The notes under the pieces were generated by a model. The model had not been told where the DNA came from and did not search any database. It worked only from the letters and a program-made list of their open reading frames with translations. 64,000 nt of DNA, from NCBI GenBank assembly GCA_041946735.1, contig JBHGAY010000001.1:96001-160000 (forward strand), written 5' to 3'. Positions 44,676 through 53,538 of this stretch are shown here, piece by piece (the first letter of the stretch is position 1; the number at the start of each line of letters is the position of its first letter). Made by a program: the position numbers and the translations under genes. Source of the DNA: Candidatus Eiseniibacteriota bacterium. Its GTDB lineage: Bacteria; Eisenbacteria; RBG-16-71-46; CAIMUX01; VGJL01.

Positions 44676-45404
44676 ATGGAGCCCGAGGAGTACGAGCGGA
44701 CCTCCCTCGCCGAGGAGTCGCACTTCTGGTTCGACGAGATGCGCTCCATCTGGATGGGGCTGCTCGAGTGGACGGGGGAAGCGCCGCGCATCCGCCTCGC
44801 GCTCGACGCGGGATGCGGTACGGGCGGCAACCTCTGTCGCCTCGGGCGGGACCGCGCAGCCGTCGGCATCGACCTGAGCCCCCTCGCCCTCGCCTTCGCC
44901 CGCCGAAAGTGTGCCTCGCCGCTCGCGCGCGGCACGATCCTCTCCCTGCCGTTTCGCTCGGGATGCTTCGACCTCGTCCTCTGCTCCGACGTCCTGTACC
45001 ACCGCGCGGTGCCCGACGACACGGCGGCGCTCTCAGAGATGCGGCGCGTCTTGCGCGCGGGCGGCCTCCTGATCGTCAACGTCCCGGCATTCGACCGGCT
45101 CCGCTCGGCGCACGACCGGGCGATGCACACCGTGCGGCGCTACTCGAAGGACGTCCTGGCCGAGCGGCTGCTGCACGCGGGCCTCGAGCCGCTCCGCATC
45201 GTCTACTGGAACGGGCTGCTGCTGCCGCCCGTCGCCGTCGTGCGGCGGCTGCGGCGCGGGGCGCACGGGTCGGAGATCAGTCCGCTGCCGCCCGCGGTGA
45301 ACCGGATCTTCGGCGCCGTCGCGAAGCTCGATCGCGCCGCCGCGATGCGCGGGATGCTCCCCGCCGGCCTCTCCCTCGCGGCCGTCGCGCGCAGGGTCGG
45401 CTGA
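44676..45404 (+). CDS. class I SAM-dependent methyltransferase
   Basis: EESHFWF, LDAGCGTG, DVLYH, VPAF. Confidence 0.85.
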   Translation: MEPEEYERTSLAEESHFWFDEMRSIWMGLLEWTGEAPRIRLALDAGCGTGGNLCRLGRDRAAVGIDLSPLALAFARRKCASPLARGTILSLPFRSGCFDLVLCSDVLYHRAVPDDTAALSEMRRVLRAGGLLIVNVPAFDRLRSAHDRAMHTVRRYSKDVLAERLLHAGLEPLRIVYWNGLLLPPVAVVRRLRRGAHGSEISPLPPAVNRIFGAVAKLDRAAAMRGMLPAGLSLAAVARRVG

Positions 45405-45408
45405 GGCG

Positions 45409-47088
45409 ATGGCGGCGCCCTCGCTTCCGTCCGGCACGGCGGCCTCCGCCCCTTCGCTGCGGCGGTGGCGGCCTGCCGCCGTACGCCTCGCGCTCTGGAT
45501 CCTGATCGGGCTCGCCCTCCGCACCATCGCGCTTTCCGGCGACGGCCTCTGGATCGACGAGGGATATACCGCGTGGACGGCGCACCTCCCGGCGCGCGAG
45601 CACGAGATCGCGCGGAGCCACGACGACGCGCCGCCGCTCTACTACGCGATTGCGAGGGCCGTCGTCCCCCGCCTGCCTCCGACCGACGCCTCGGTGCGCG
45701 CGCTCTCCGCCGCTGCGGGGGTCGCAGGGACGGTCTGGCTCGCCCTCGCTCCTCCCGTGCCGGGGGCCCGGGAGGCGGCGGTCGCCTTCTTCGCGGCTGG
45801 CACCTACGGCGTGCATTACGGCCGGCAGGCGCGTTCCTACGCAGTGCTGATGCTCTGGACCGTGGTCCTGCTCACCGCCTCCGCCCGCGTGATGCAAGGC
45901 CGATCGCCGTGGTGGTTCGTCGTGGTGGCCGCGTCCGAGGCGCTCGCGCTCTGGACGCACAACGTCGCGGCCGCGCTCGTCGGCGGCGCGAATCTCGCGT
46001 GGCTGCTCGCCGGCCTGCCGCGCCCGCGCGGCTGGTTGCTCGCGCAAGCGGCGGCGTTCCTCGCCTGGCTTCCCTATCTGGTTCGGGCGATGCCACAGCT
46101 CTCCGTCCACGCGACGCTGAACGTCTGGATCGAGAAGTACTGGGAGCGGGTGCCGCTCGCCATCGCTCCGCTCGCAAGCCTCGAGGCGTTCACGAGCGGC
46201 GCGCGCGTCTGGCCGAATCCGCCCGTGCCGCTGTGGATGTGGCGGGGTCCCGGCTCGACCGTCCTCGCGATTCTCGCCTTCGCCGCGGTGGTCCTGCTCG
46301 GCGTGGCGGCGTTGCGGGGCGCGCGGAGGCGCGAGGCGCGGCTCGCGGCGGGCTTCACGCTCGGTCCGCTGGTGGCGATGACGGTCCTCTCGCTCGTGAC
46401 CACGCCGAGCTACATCCTCGGCAGGACGGATGCGGTCGCCTATCCCGGCTTCGTGCTCTGGATGGCGATCGGCGCCGTCTCGGTCGAGCGCCGATGGCTG
46501 CGCAGGGCGGCGGTGGGCGTGCTGGCGCTTTCGACGATCCTCGGGACGGCCAGCGGTCTTCCCCTGGGAGACCGCGGCGCCGACCACGACCGTCAGGTGG
46601 GACGCGCGGTCGCCGGAGAGCTGCGCCCCGGCGACTGGATCGCCTACGTCGGGCTCTCGCGCCCCTCGATCGACTACTACGTCTCGGGCGGACGCCCGGG
46701 CTGCGTCGATCCTGTCCACCACCGCCTCGACTACCCCGCGATCTTCGGCGACAACCCGGCGGCCGTCTATCCGACGCCGGCCGAGAGCCTGGAGGTCTGG
46801 AACGAGGAGGCGCGCGACGTGCGCCGCTCGTTCGAGCGGCAGGCGGCGCCCGGCGCGAAGATCTGGTTCGTCGGGCCGATCCAGCCGGGTGCGCCGCGGG
46901 AAGCGACGGCCGAGGATCTGCCCTACCCGGGCAGCCTGCTCGCCTACGCGCTGAACGGGCTGCGGCCGCTCGATCCGCTGATCCGGCTGCGCGGGGACGC
47001 GGTCGGCGTCGACTGGATCGCTTTCGCGGTGGAGCGAGACTCGCTGATCCCCGAATCGGAGCTGCGCGAGGTGGAGGCGGCGCCGTGA
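45409..47088 (+). CDS. GT-C fold integral-membrane glycosyltransferase (PMT_2/ArnT-like)
   Basis: LWIDEG in first loop, PPLYY, QARSYA, LWTHN, about ten TM helices, soluble C-terminal domain. Confidence 0.75.
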   Translation: MAAPSLPSGTAASAPSLRRWRPAAVRLALWILIGLALRTIALSGDGLWIDEGYTAWTAHLPAREHEIARSHDDAPPLYYAIARAVVPRLPPTDASVRALSAAAGVAGTVWLALAPPVPGAREAAVAFFAAGTYGVHYGRQARSYAVLMLWTVVLLTASARVMQGRSPWWFVVVAASEALALWTHNVAAALVGGANLAWLLAGLPRPRGWLLAQAAAFLAWLPYLVRAMPQLSVHATLNVWIEKYWERVPLAIAPLASLEAFTSGARVWPNPPVPLWMWRGPGSTVLAILAFAAVVLLGVAALRGARRREARLAAGFTLGPLVAMTVLSLVTTPSYILGRTDAVAYPGFVLWMAIGAVSVERRWLRRAAVGVLALSTILGTASGLPLGDRGADHDRQVGRAVAGELRPGDWIAYVGLSRPSIDYYVSGGRPGCVDPVHHRLDYPAIFGDNPAAVYPTPAESLEVWNEEARDVRRSFERQAAPGAKIWFVGPIQPGAPREATAEDLPYPGSLLAYALNGLRPLDPLIRLRGDAVGVDWIAFAVERDSLIPESELREVEAAP

Positions 47089-49166
47089 GCCGGCGACCCG
47101 AGAGCCGCCCGCCGCGCACGGCGCTCGCGCTCCTCGCCATCTTCGCCCTCCTCGCCGCCGCCGTGCTTCCGCACCTCGGCGCGCTGGGCAACGGCTTCGT
47201 CTTCGACGACCGTGGCGTGATCGTCGAGAACTCCGCCGTCACGAGCTTCGATCTCGGCGGCATCTGGAGCCGGCCGTACTGGCCCTCGCTCACAGGCGGC
47301 GCGAACCTCTTCCGTCCCCTGACGACCACGAGCTTCGCGATCGACTGGGCTCTGGGCGGCGGACGCCCGAGCTTCTTCGTCGCCACGAACCTTGCGCTGC
47401 ACGCGATCACCTGCCTGCTCGCCTGGGCCCTGATCCGCCGTCTCTGGCCCGCGCGCGCGGGGCTCGCGCTCGCCGCGACTCTCCTCTTCGCCGTGCATCC
47501 GATCCACGTCGAAGCGGTCGCGGGGATCGTGGGGCGCGGGGAGATCCTCTCGGCCCTTCTCTCGCTGCTCGCCTACCGAGCCTGGCTCGACGACGAGGGG
47601 CGGCGCCTTCGCGCGCGGGCGGGCGGCACGAGCGCGCCGCGCGCGGCGATCGCCTGGGCCCTCGCCGCTCCGGCTCTCTGGCTCCTCGCGCTTCTCGCCA
47701 AGGAGGGCTCGCTCGGCCTTCCGATCCTCCTCGCCGCGCACCGGGTGGGCCTGCTTCGGATCGAGGCGGCGCCGGCGGAGCGCGGCCCACGCGCCCGCGA
47801 CCTCGCGTGGCCGGCCGCGCTCGCCGTCGCGGTCCTGCTGCGCGCGCACGCCCTCGGCCGGCTCGACGCTCCACGTCCCTCGCTCCTCGACAATCCCCTC
47901 GCCCACGTCGGGCCGCTCGCGCGCGCGCTCGGCGCCGGAGGGGTCCTCGGTCGCCAGCTCGCGCAGATCGTCCTGCCGCTGCACCTCTCGGCGGACTACT
48001 CCTACCGGCAGGTCGCTCCGGGTGCGGCGCTCTATGTGCCGGGGGCGCTCGTGCTCGCGGCGTGCGCCGCCGGCGTGATCGCCGCGATCCGTTCCGGACG
48101 GGCGAAGCCGTGGGGATGGGGGATCCTCTTCTTCACGTCCTTCTGGATCGTGACGAGCAACCTCCTCGTGCCGATCGGAACGGCGCAGGCCGACCGGTTG
48201 CTCTATCTGCCCCTGCTCGGCCTTGTCGTCGCCGCTTGCGCGGGGCTCGGGCGCCTGCTCGCGACGGCGCGCCTGCGCGTCCTCGCGCCGTGGCTCGCGG
48301 CCGCGCTCGCCGGAGCGCTCGTCGCCGCCTTCGCCGTCCGCTCCGCCGTTCGCGTCCGCGACTGGCGCGACGACGGGACGCTCTTCGAAGCGGCGGTGCG
48401 CGACGCGCCGCGCAGCATCAAAGCGCGCTCGAACCTGGCCGCGGTCTGGCTTCGCGACCAGCGCCCGGAGACCGCCCGGCGCGTTGCCGCTCTCCTGGCG
48501 CCCGTCGAGCCGGAAGGAAGCGAGTTCGGCTCGTTCCTCCAGAGGAAAGCGAAGGTGGCGATGTTCCTCGGCGAGCGCGAGCGCGCCCGCGATCTCTATC
48601 GTGAGTCGCTCGCGCGCGGCGCCGACTCGTCGGAGGTCTGGATCGAGTTGGGGAATCTCGCGATCGAAGCGGGAGACGGCGCCGAAGCGCTCTCCGCCTT
48701 CGATGCGGCGGCCCGCCGCGGCCGGCTGACGCAGCACGTCGCGATCGGCCGCGCGTCGGCGCTCTCGATCCTCGGCCGCACGAGCGAAGCGGCCGACGCC
48801 TGGCTGCCCATCGTGGCGCAGCTTCCCGACTCGGTGCCGGTGCGGACCGCGACCGCGTGGAATCTGCGCGAGGCGGGGCGGACGGCGGAGGCGGTCGCGA
48901 TCCTGCGGGATGGCATCGCGCGACGCGACGATCCTCGCCTGTGGGACTCGCTCGCGCGCACGCTCCTCGCGTCCGGCCGGGCGGGCGAGGCGGTCGTCGC
49001 GGCGCGTAGGGCGGTCGAGCTGTCGCGATCCGAGGAGAACCGGACGACCCTCGCTCTCGCGCTCGCGGAGTCGGGCGAGCCTGGCGAGGCGCGGGCGATC
49101 CTCTCGGGAATCGACGATCCCGATCTTCGATCGGAGATCGAAGCCGCCCTCAGCTCGCCTCGCTGA
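47085..49166 (+). CDS. TMTC-like (DUF1736 + TPR) GT-C protein glycosyltransferase homologue
   Basis: GFVFDD..VI.EN, FRPL, LFAVHPIHVEAVAGIVGR, LLAKE, LSADYS, ADRLLYLP, WRDD.TLF, C-terminal TPRs; GTG start at 47085. Confidence 0.82.
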   Translation: MSRRPESRPPRTALALLAIFALLAAAVLPHLGALGNGFVFDDRGVIVENSAVTSFDLGGIWSRPYWPSLTGGANLFRPLTTTSFAIDWALGGGRPSFFVATNLALHAITCLLAWALIRRLWPARAGLALAATLLFAVHPIHVEAVAGIVGRGEILSALLSLLAYRAWLDDEGRRLRARAGGTSAPRAAIAWALAAPALWLLALLAKEGSLGLPILLAAHRVGLLRIEAAPAERGPRARDLAWPAALAVAVLLRAHALGRLDAPRPSLLDNPLAHVGPLARALGAGGVLGRQLAQIVLPLHLSADYSYRQVAPGAALYVPGALVLAACAAGVIAAIRSGRAKPWGWGILFFTSFWIVTSNLLVPIGTAQADRLLYLPLLGLVVAACAGLGRLLATARLRVLAPWLAAALAGALVAAFAVRSAVRVRDWRDDGTLFEAAVRDAPRSIKARSNLAAVWLRDQRPETARRVAALLAPVEPEGSEFGSFLQRKAKVAMFLGERERARDLYRESLARGADSSEVWIELGNLAIEAGDGAEALSAFDAAARRGRLTQHVAIGRASALSILGRTSEAADAWLPIVAQLPDSVPVRTATAWNLREAGRTAEAVAILRDGIARRDDPRLWDSLARTLLASGRAGEAVVAARRAVELSRSEENRTTLALALAESGEPGEARAILSGIDDPDLRSEIEAALSSPR

Positions 49167-49211
49167 CCCGTCGAACCGTCTCCGACCGGGTAACCGGCGG
49201 CGGACTCAAAC

Positions 49212-49254
49212 GCGAGGAGCGAGGGAAGAGCCTCGCCCTCCCCTCGCTCCTCGC
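49212..49254. terminator. probable bidirectional terminator between convergent operons
   Basis: 14-bp stem GCGAGGAGCGAGGG / CCCTCGCTCCTCGC with AAA before and TTT after. Confidence 0.65.
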
Positions 49255-49290
49255 TTTCGAAGCGCTTTCGCCCGCCGCTTCGGCGGTCCT

Positions 49291-50256
49291 CTACCGGAAC
49301 AGCGACTTGAGCGCGCCCCAGGTCGACACCCGGGTGGCGGTCTCATTGCAGAACCAGAAGGAGTCCGCGCTCGTCCCGTTTGTCGTGCAGAGGTTCGAGA
49401 TGCCGTTGAACACGCCGCTCCACGTCGGCAGCGGCTGCGTCGGGTCGGCGACCCGTGTCATGCACTCCGCCTCGGTGGTAACGATGCACACCCGGTTCTC
49501 GCCAGAGCTGTAGCAGCAGGCGCTGCAGAGATCGCAGGAGCTGCCGTCGCCGAGATAGACGCCGGAAGAATCGGCGCACACGGTGTAGTCGACCACTTCG
49601 CAGCGAGCGTCGTCCTGGAAGCAGCAACCGCCGAGCAGCGGGGGCTCGGGGCAGTCGTTGGTGCCGGGGCCCTGCCACTCCACGCGCCCGAACTTGAAGA
49701 TCTGATCCTCGACGGGCGGCACGGACAGGTCCGCGACGAGTGCCTTGCCGATGCCGGGATAGACGCCCGTGCCGAAGTAGCTGCCCGGTCCTTGTCCGTA
49801 GGCTGCGAACCAGTAGAACGGAAAGATCGTGTCGGTCATCGGACTGGCGAAGCCGACCAGGTTGCCGGACGGGCTCGTGTCGGGCCAGCCCGCATCGGGA
49901 TTCTCGAGGACGCCGCAAGAGCTGTACTGCGGGACGTACCCCTGGCCGGGGGGAAGATTGTGGTCGACGCCGAACTGGAGGCCACCGACCTGGGGGTGGT
50001 GCTGCGGAGTGAACGCGCAGAGGAACCAGATCAAGGCGAGCTGATCGGCGGGCTTGTCCGTGCGCGTGTTCGCCGACGCGCAGTCGGCCGGCGCATGGGC
50101 CTGATAGTCGGCGCCGCAATAGGTTCCGGACGCGGTGAACGTGATGCTGTCGTCGGTGTGCACGATCAGCGCTCCGTTGTTGTTCCTTCCTGCCAGTGCG
50201 GGCCCGGATGCCGCGACCAGCATTGCGAGAGCTGCCAGCAGAATCCTTCTGGACAT
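49291..50256 (-). CDS. secreted Cys-rich repeat protein, paralog A
   Basis: Signal peptide ending PALA, shared G.N..GA.IVHT.D domain, two CC repeats, C-terminus STWGALKSLFR; GGAGG RBS. Confidence 0.85.
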   Translation of the reverse strand: MSRRILLAALAMLVAASGPALAGRNNNGALIVHTDDSITFTASGTYCGADYQAHAPADCASANTRTDKPADQLALIWFLCAFTPQHHPQVGGLQFGVDHNLPPGQGYVPQYSSCGVLENPDAGWPDTSPSGNLVGFASPMTDTIFPFYWFAAYGQGPGSYFGTGVYPGIGKALVADLSVPPVEDQIFKFGRVEWQGPGTNDCPEPPLLGGCCFQDDARCEVVDYTVCADSSGVYLGDGSSCDLCSACCYSSGENRVCIVTTEAECMTRVADPTQPLPTWSGVFNGISNLCTTNGTSADSFWFCNETATRVSTWGALKSLFR

Positions 50257-50344
50257 TTCGAAAGCCTCCTCCTCTCGGCGGGCGCCACGCCGCTCGTTCG
50301 GAGCACCGCCGCGCGTCCTCGGTCTCGATCCATGACGACCAAGA

Positions 50345-50390
50345 CCGACGCTGTTCCCCTCACTCCCAGCGTCGGCAATCCTGAGGGGAA
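50345..50390 (-). promoter_or_regulatory. interleaved inverted repeats (pseudoknot or switch candidate) upstream of paralog A
   Basis: Two perfect 9-bp pairs in A-B-A'-B' order. Confidence 0.5.
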
Positions 50391-50422
50391 GTATCGAGGA
50401 CCCCGCGAGCGGGGCGCAACGG

Positions 50423-50446
50423 AAAAAGCCCGCGTAACGGCGAGCC
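50423..50446 (-). terminator. intrinsic terminator after paralog B
   Basis: Minus strand GGCTCGC-CGTTAC-GCGGGCT followed by TTTT. Confidence 0.5.
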
Positions 50447-50487
50447 TGCGGACCCACCGGACGGCCGGAAGCCTCTTCTGGCTCGGG

Positions 50488-50903
50488 CTATCGGTAGTTC
50501 GCCTTGACCCGCCCCCAGGTCGTCGACTCCGTGGCGACCGGCGGGCACACGACCCCCTCGCAGTTCGGTAGACCCATCCATTCGCCGCCCACGGCAACGC
50601 AGTCCGGCTCCATCATCTCCTCGCAGTCGCCTTCGATGCAGCACGCGCCTGTCTGCGGATCATCGTCTCAACGCCGGGCGGTTTGTTCGATTGCGTCACT
50701 GCCGTCACGCAGTCCGACGGGTTGTAGATGTCGCTGCAGAAGTCGGCTCCCGTCGGTGTGTAGTTCACCGCGTCGTTCGTGTGCACGATCATCGCCCCGC
50801 CCGCGTTCTTCCCCGCCAGCGCCGGAGTGGCAGCCAGGGGCAGAAAAGAGAGGGCGCCGAAGAGAGTGAGCAAGAAGGCAGGCGAGTAGCAGGAGAATCT
50901 CAT
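50488..50903 (-). pseudogene. Cys-rich repeat protein paralog B, internally deleted and frameshifted
   Basis: N-terminus ...PALAGKNAGGAMIVHTNDAVNYT...ETMI joins out of frame at GATC (50658-50661) to DPQTGACCIEGDC...PPVATESTTWGRVKANYR*. Confidence 0.85.
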
Positions 50904-50948
50904 CACGGCACCTCCGTGCGTGAGGAAGGAGATGAGAACTGGAAAGCG

Positions 50949-50978
50949 GTGGGCCCGCCCCAGGAGGGACGGGCCCAC
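50949..50978 (-). terminator. hairpin downstream of paralog C
   Basis: GTGGGCCCG...CGGGCCCAC 9-bp stem, weak T-run. Confidence 0.4.
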
Positions 50979-51013
50979 GCATCGTGACTAGCCGCTAGCT
51001 CTCGGGAAGAGAA

Positions 51014-52150
51014 CTACCGGTAGTTGGCCTTGATCTGGCCCCAGGTGGTGGACTCGGTCGCGACCGGCGGCGGGCACTCGACACCCTCGCAGGTCTCCTG
51101 ATTCATCCACAGACCACCCTGAGCCGTGCAGTCGTCCTCGAGAATCACCGTGCACTCGCCAGCGATGCAGCAAGCACCCGGCGTCGGCGGAATCGGGCAC
51201 TCCGCCACGTCGCAGGTCGGCCACTCGGGGTGGAACGTCCCACCGTTGGCCTCGCACTGCTCGGCCGTGAGGACCTCGCAGCTACCGTCGTCGTAGCAGC
51301 AGGCAGCCGGCGGAGTCGGGCAGACGAACGTATCGCAGTTCGTGCCCTCGCCCTCAGGCGTGCCACCCGCAAGCGTGCAGTCCGCCGCCAGCAGGTTCTG
51401 GCAGGAGCCATCCTCGAAGCAGCAAGCCTGCGGCTGCTCGCAGGGGTTCGGGTCACAGGTCGTGCCCTCGCCCATGAAGTCGCCGGTGCAAGCGGTCTGC
51501 TCGAGAACCTCGCAAGTGCCGTCCGGATAGCAGCAAGCGCCCGTCACCGGAGCGGTCGGGCAGTCGTTGTATCCGGCCTCCATCCAGCGAACCTCGCCAA
51601 ACAGGAAGCAGAGATCCTCGACCGGCGGAACCGAGTCGTCGGCGAACTTTGCGAGTCCGTCGCCCGGGTACACGCCAGAGCCGAAGAAGCTGCCCGCGCC
51701 GTTCTGGTAGGCACCGAACCACGCGAACGTCTGGAAGTTGCCAGCGATCGGAGCCAAGCGACCGATCAGAGTTCCACCCGGGGTATCGGGGAAACCCTGA
51801 TCCGGCAGAACGAGAGCGTCCGTCGGGCAGGCGCTCCAGTGAGGAACGTAGCCCTGCCCCGGCGGCAGGTTGTGACGCACGCCGAACTGGACGCCGGCGA
51901 CGACCGCATCCGCTCCCTCGGGGAAAGCCGCGAGGAACCAAATGAGGGTCTCGGTAGCCGCGTCCTTGTCCGACCGGGTCACTGCAGAAGCACAGTCGGC
52001 CGGCTTGTACTGATCCTGGCAGAAGTCCAGGTTCGTGTAGTTCACGGCGTCGTTCGTGTGAACGATCATCGCGCCGCCTGCGTTCTTTCCTGCCAGTGCC
52101 GGGCTACAGATCAGGGCCAAGATGCCCAGCGCCAGTAGAAGTTTCTTCAT
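51014..52150 (-). CDS. secreted Cys-rich repeat protein, paralog C
   Basis: MKKLLLALG signal, shared N-terminal domain, four 6-Cys ACC..DG.C repeats, C-terminus STTWGQIKANYR. Confidence 0.9.
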   Translation of the reverse strand: MKKLLLALGILALICSPALAGKNAGGAMIVHTNDAVNYTNLDFCQDQYKPADCASAVTRSDKDAATETLIWFLAAFPEGADAVVAGVQFGVRHNLPPGQGYVPHWSACPTDALVLPDQGFPDTPGGTLIGRLAPIAGNFQTFAWFGAYQNGAGSFFGSGVYPGDGLAKFADDSVPPVEDLCFLFGEVRWMEAGYNDCPTAPVTGACCYPDGTCEVLEQTACTGDFMGEGTTCDPNPCEQPQACCFEDGSCQNLLAADCTLAGGTPEGEGTNCDTFVCPTPPAACCYDDGSCEVLTAEQCEANGGTFHPEWPTCDVAECPIPPTPGACCIAGECTVILEDDCTAQGGLWMNQETCEGVECPPPVATESTTWGQIKANYR

Positions 52151-52330
52151 CGCGTTTCGACCTCCCTAGGGTTGTCACGAAATCGAAGTACTCGGAACTC
52201 CCAGCTCGCGCGTTTTGCCGGGAGTCGACTCGAGACGGCGCCTGCCGTCTCGCACCACCTCCACCCCACCCCGAACCCGCTCACCTCGCAACCCGGGCCC
52301 GGCGAAACCCGGATCGCCACACGTCCTGCG

Positions 52331-52945
52331 TCAGGGCGTGCAGTCGCGGGTCGTCGAAAGCCAGGACTGACCGAAGACCGTGAAGTCGGTCAGGGTCATC
52401 AGTCCATCATTGTTGTAGTCGTGGCAGCTCGGGTTGTTGGGGTTGCCGAACGCCGCGGAAAGAGCCGTGAAGTCCGCGAGGGTGATCGACAAGCTCCAGA
52501 GACCGGGAAGACCGGCGTTGTCCGATCCACCGTAGTCCGGGCTGACCGCCGCGTTGAAGTTGCGGATCTCGACGCCGTTCGCACGGATGACGATCGCGTT
52601 CGGGCCCTTGTAGCAACCACCGCCGCCCAGGTTGATCGTGGCCTGGCCAGCGACGTTGGTCGTATAGGACGTCGTCTCCGACGCGCACAGCTTGGTCTTG
52701 TTGTCGGCGATGCCGCCGATCAAGATCTCGACGATCGCGTTGTTGATCGGATTGTTCGCGGCGTTCTTCACCGTGACGGTGAAGGTCGCCTGGCTGACCG
52801 GCGACGTCCCGTTCTCATCGGGGATGAGAAGAACGCGCTGCGGTCCGTCGAGGCTCGTCGAGCAGTTCGAAGGATCGGGTACGTCTGCGTTGGCCACCGT
52901 AGCGACCAGTGCAAGCGCACAGAAGGCGAAGAACAACCTCTTCAT
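52331..52945 (-). CDS. secreted protein with Ig-like region and dockerin/EF-hand-like Ca-binding motifs
   Basis: Signal MKRLFFAFCALALVATVANA; FTVTVKNAANNPINNA.V; TTNVAGQA; ITLADF and DYNNDGLMTLTDF. Confidence 0.75.
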   Translation of the reverse strand: MKRLFFAFCALALVATVANADVPDPSNCSTSLDGPQRVLLIPDENGTSPVSQATFTVTVKNAANNPINNAIVEILIGGIADNKTKLCASETTSYTTNVAGQATINLGGGGCYKGPNAIVIRANGVEIRNFNAAVSPDYGGSDNAGLPGLWSLSITLADFTALSAAFGNPNNPSCHDYNNDGLMTLTDFTVFGQSWLSTTRDCTP

Positions 52946-53112
52946 TCGTTTGACCTCCACGAAGTCAGTTGACCAGCTAGCCTACAAAGATCGTTGCTTG
53001 GTCGGAACAGGAAGCACCCTCGTGCGCGGGCCCCGAAGGGCTTCAGCAGGCGGATTCGTAGTTGCCGCACCTCCTTCTGAAGCATGCTCCGCTGTTAGGC
53101 TTGCACGGGAAT

Positions 53113-53141
53113 AGTGTACCGCCCACCCCAGAGTCGGTCAA
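53113..53141 (-). promoter_or_regulatory. sigma70-like promoter of the secreted-protein cluster
   Basis: Minus strand TTGACC, 17 nt, TACACT. Confidence 0.6.
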
Positions 53142-53456
53142 GCCGCAGTTTTTTCCTAACGACTCCGAGATCGTCGGTTACGAGGAAGGTCGTTCGCTCC
53201 TCCCCCCTGATACACTCCCGTGCCCGCCGTCCGACGAGGCGCCGCCCCCTCCGGCAGATCGGGGGCGATCGATCCTTGCGGCCGGTCCCTTCTTCGTTCG
53301 GCATGGGAGGCGAGGATCCCCAGCAAAACCCTGAAACGGCGCAAGCAGGATTCCTGCAAGACGATGGGGTGGCAGGCGGGGGGAGATCGAGGAGGCCGCC
53401 ACGAGGCGGGCCGTAGGAGGACGGGCGGCTCGAACACGGCCAGGGGGCAGCGCGGC

Positions 53457-53531
53457 TGGTGGGCGAGACAGGGGTCGAACCTGTGACCTCCTGCTTGTAA
53501 GGCAGGCGCTCTACCGTTGAGCTACTCGCCC
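53457..53531 (-). tRNA. tRNA-Val(TAC)
   Basis: GGGCGAGTAGCTCAACGGTAGAGCGCCTGCCTTACAAGCAGGAGGTCACAGGTTCGACCCCTGTCTCGCCCACCA: cloverleaf, TAC anticodon, encoded CCA. Confidence 0.97.
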
Positions 53532-53538
53532 ATTATGT

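Noticed and set aside
52197..52252. c-di-GMP-I riboswitch upstream of paralog C
   Set aside because: Only a GGCAAAA word inside a hairpin; the GNRA/receptor two-stem architecture is not evident.
49291..53531. Secreted-protein cluster as a genomic island integrated at tRNA-Val
   Set aside because: No integrase and no duplicated tRNA 3' end seen, and a paralog also lies on the other side of the tRNA.
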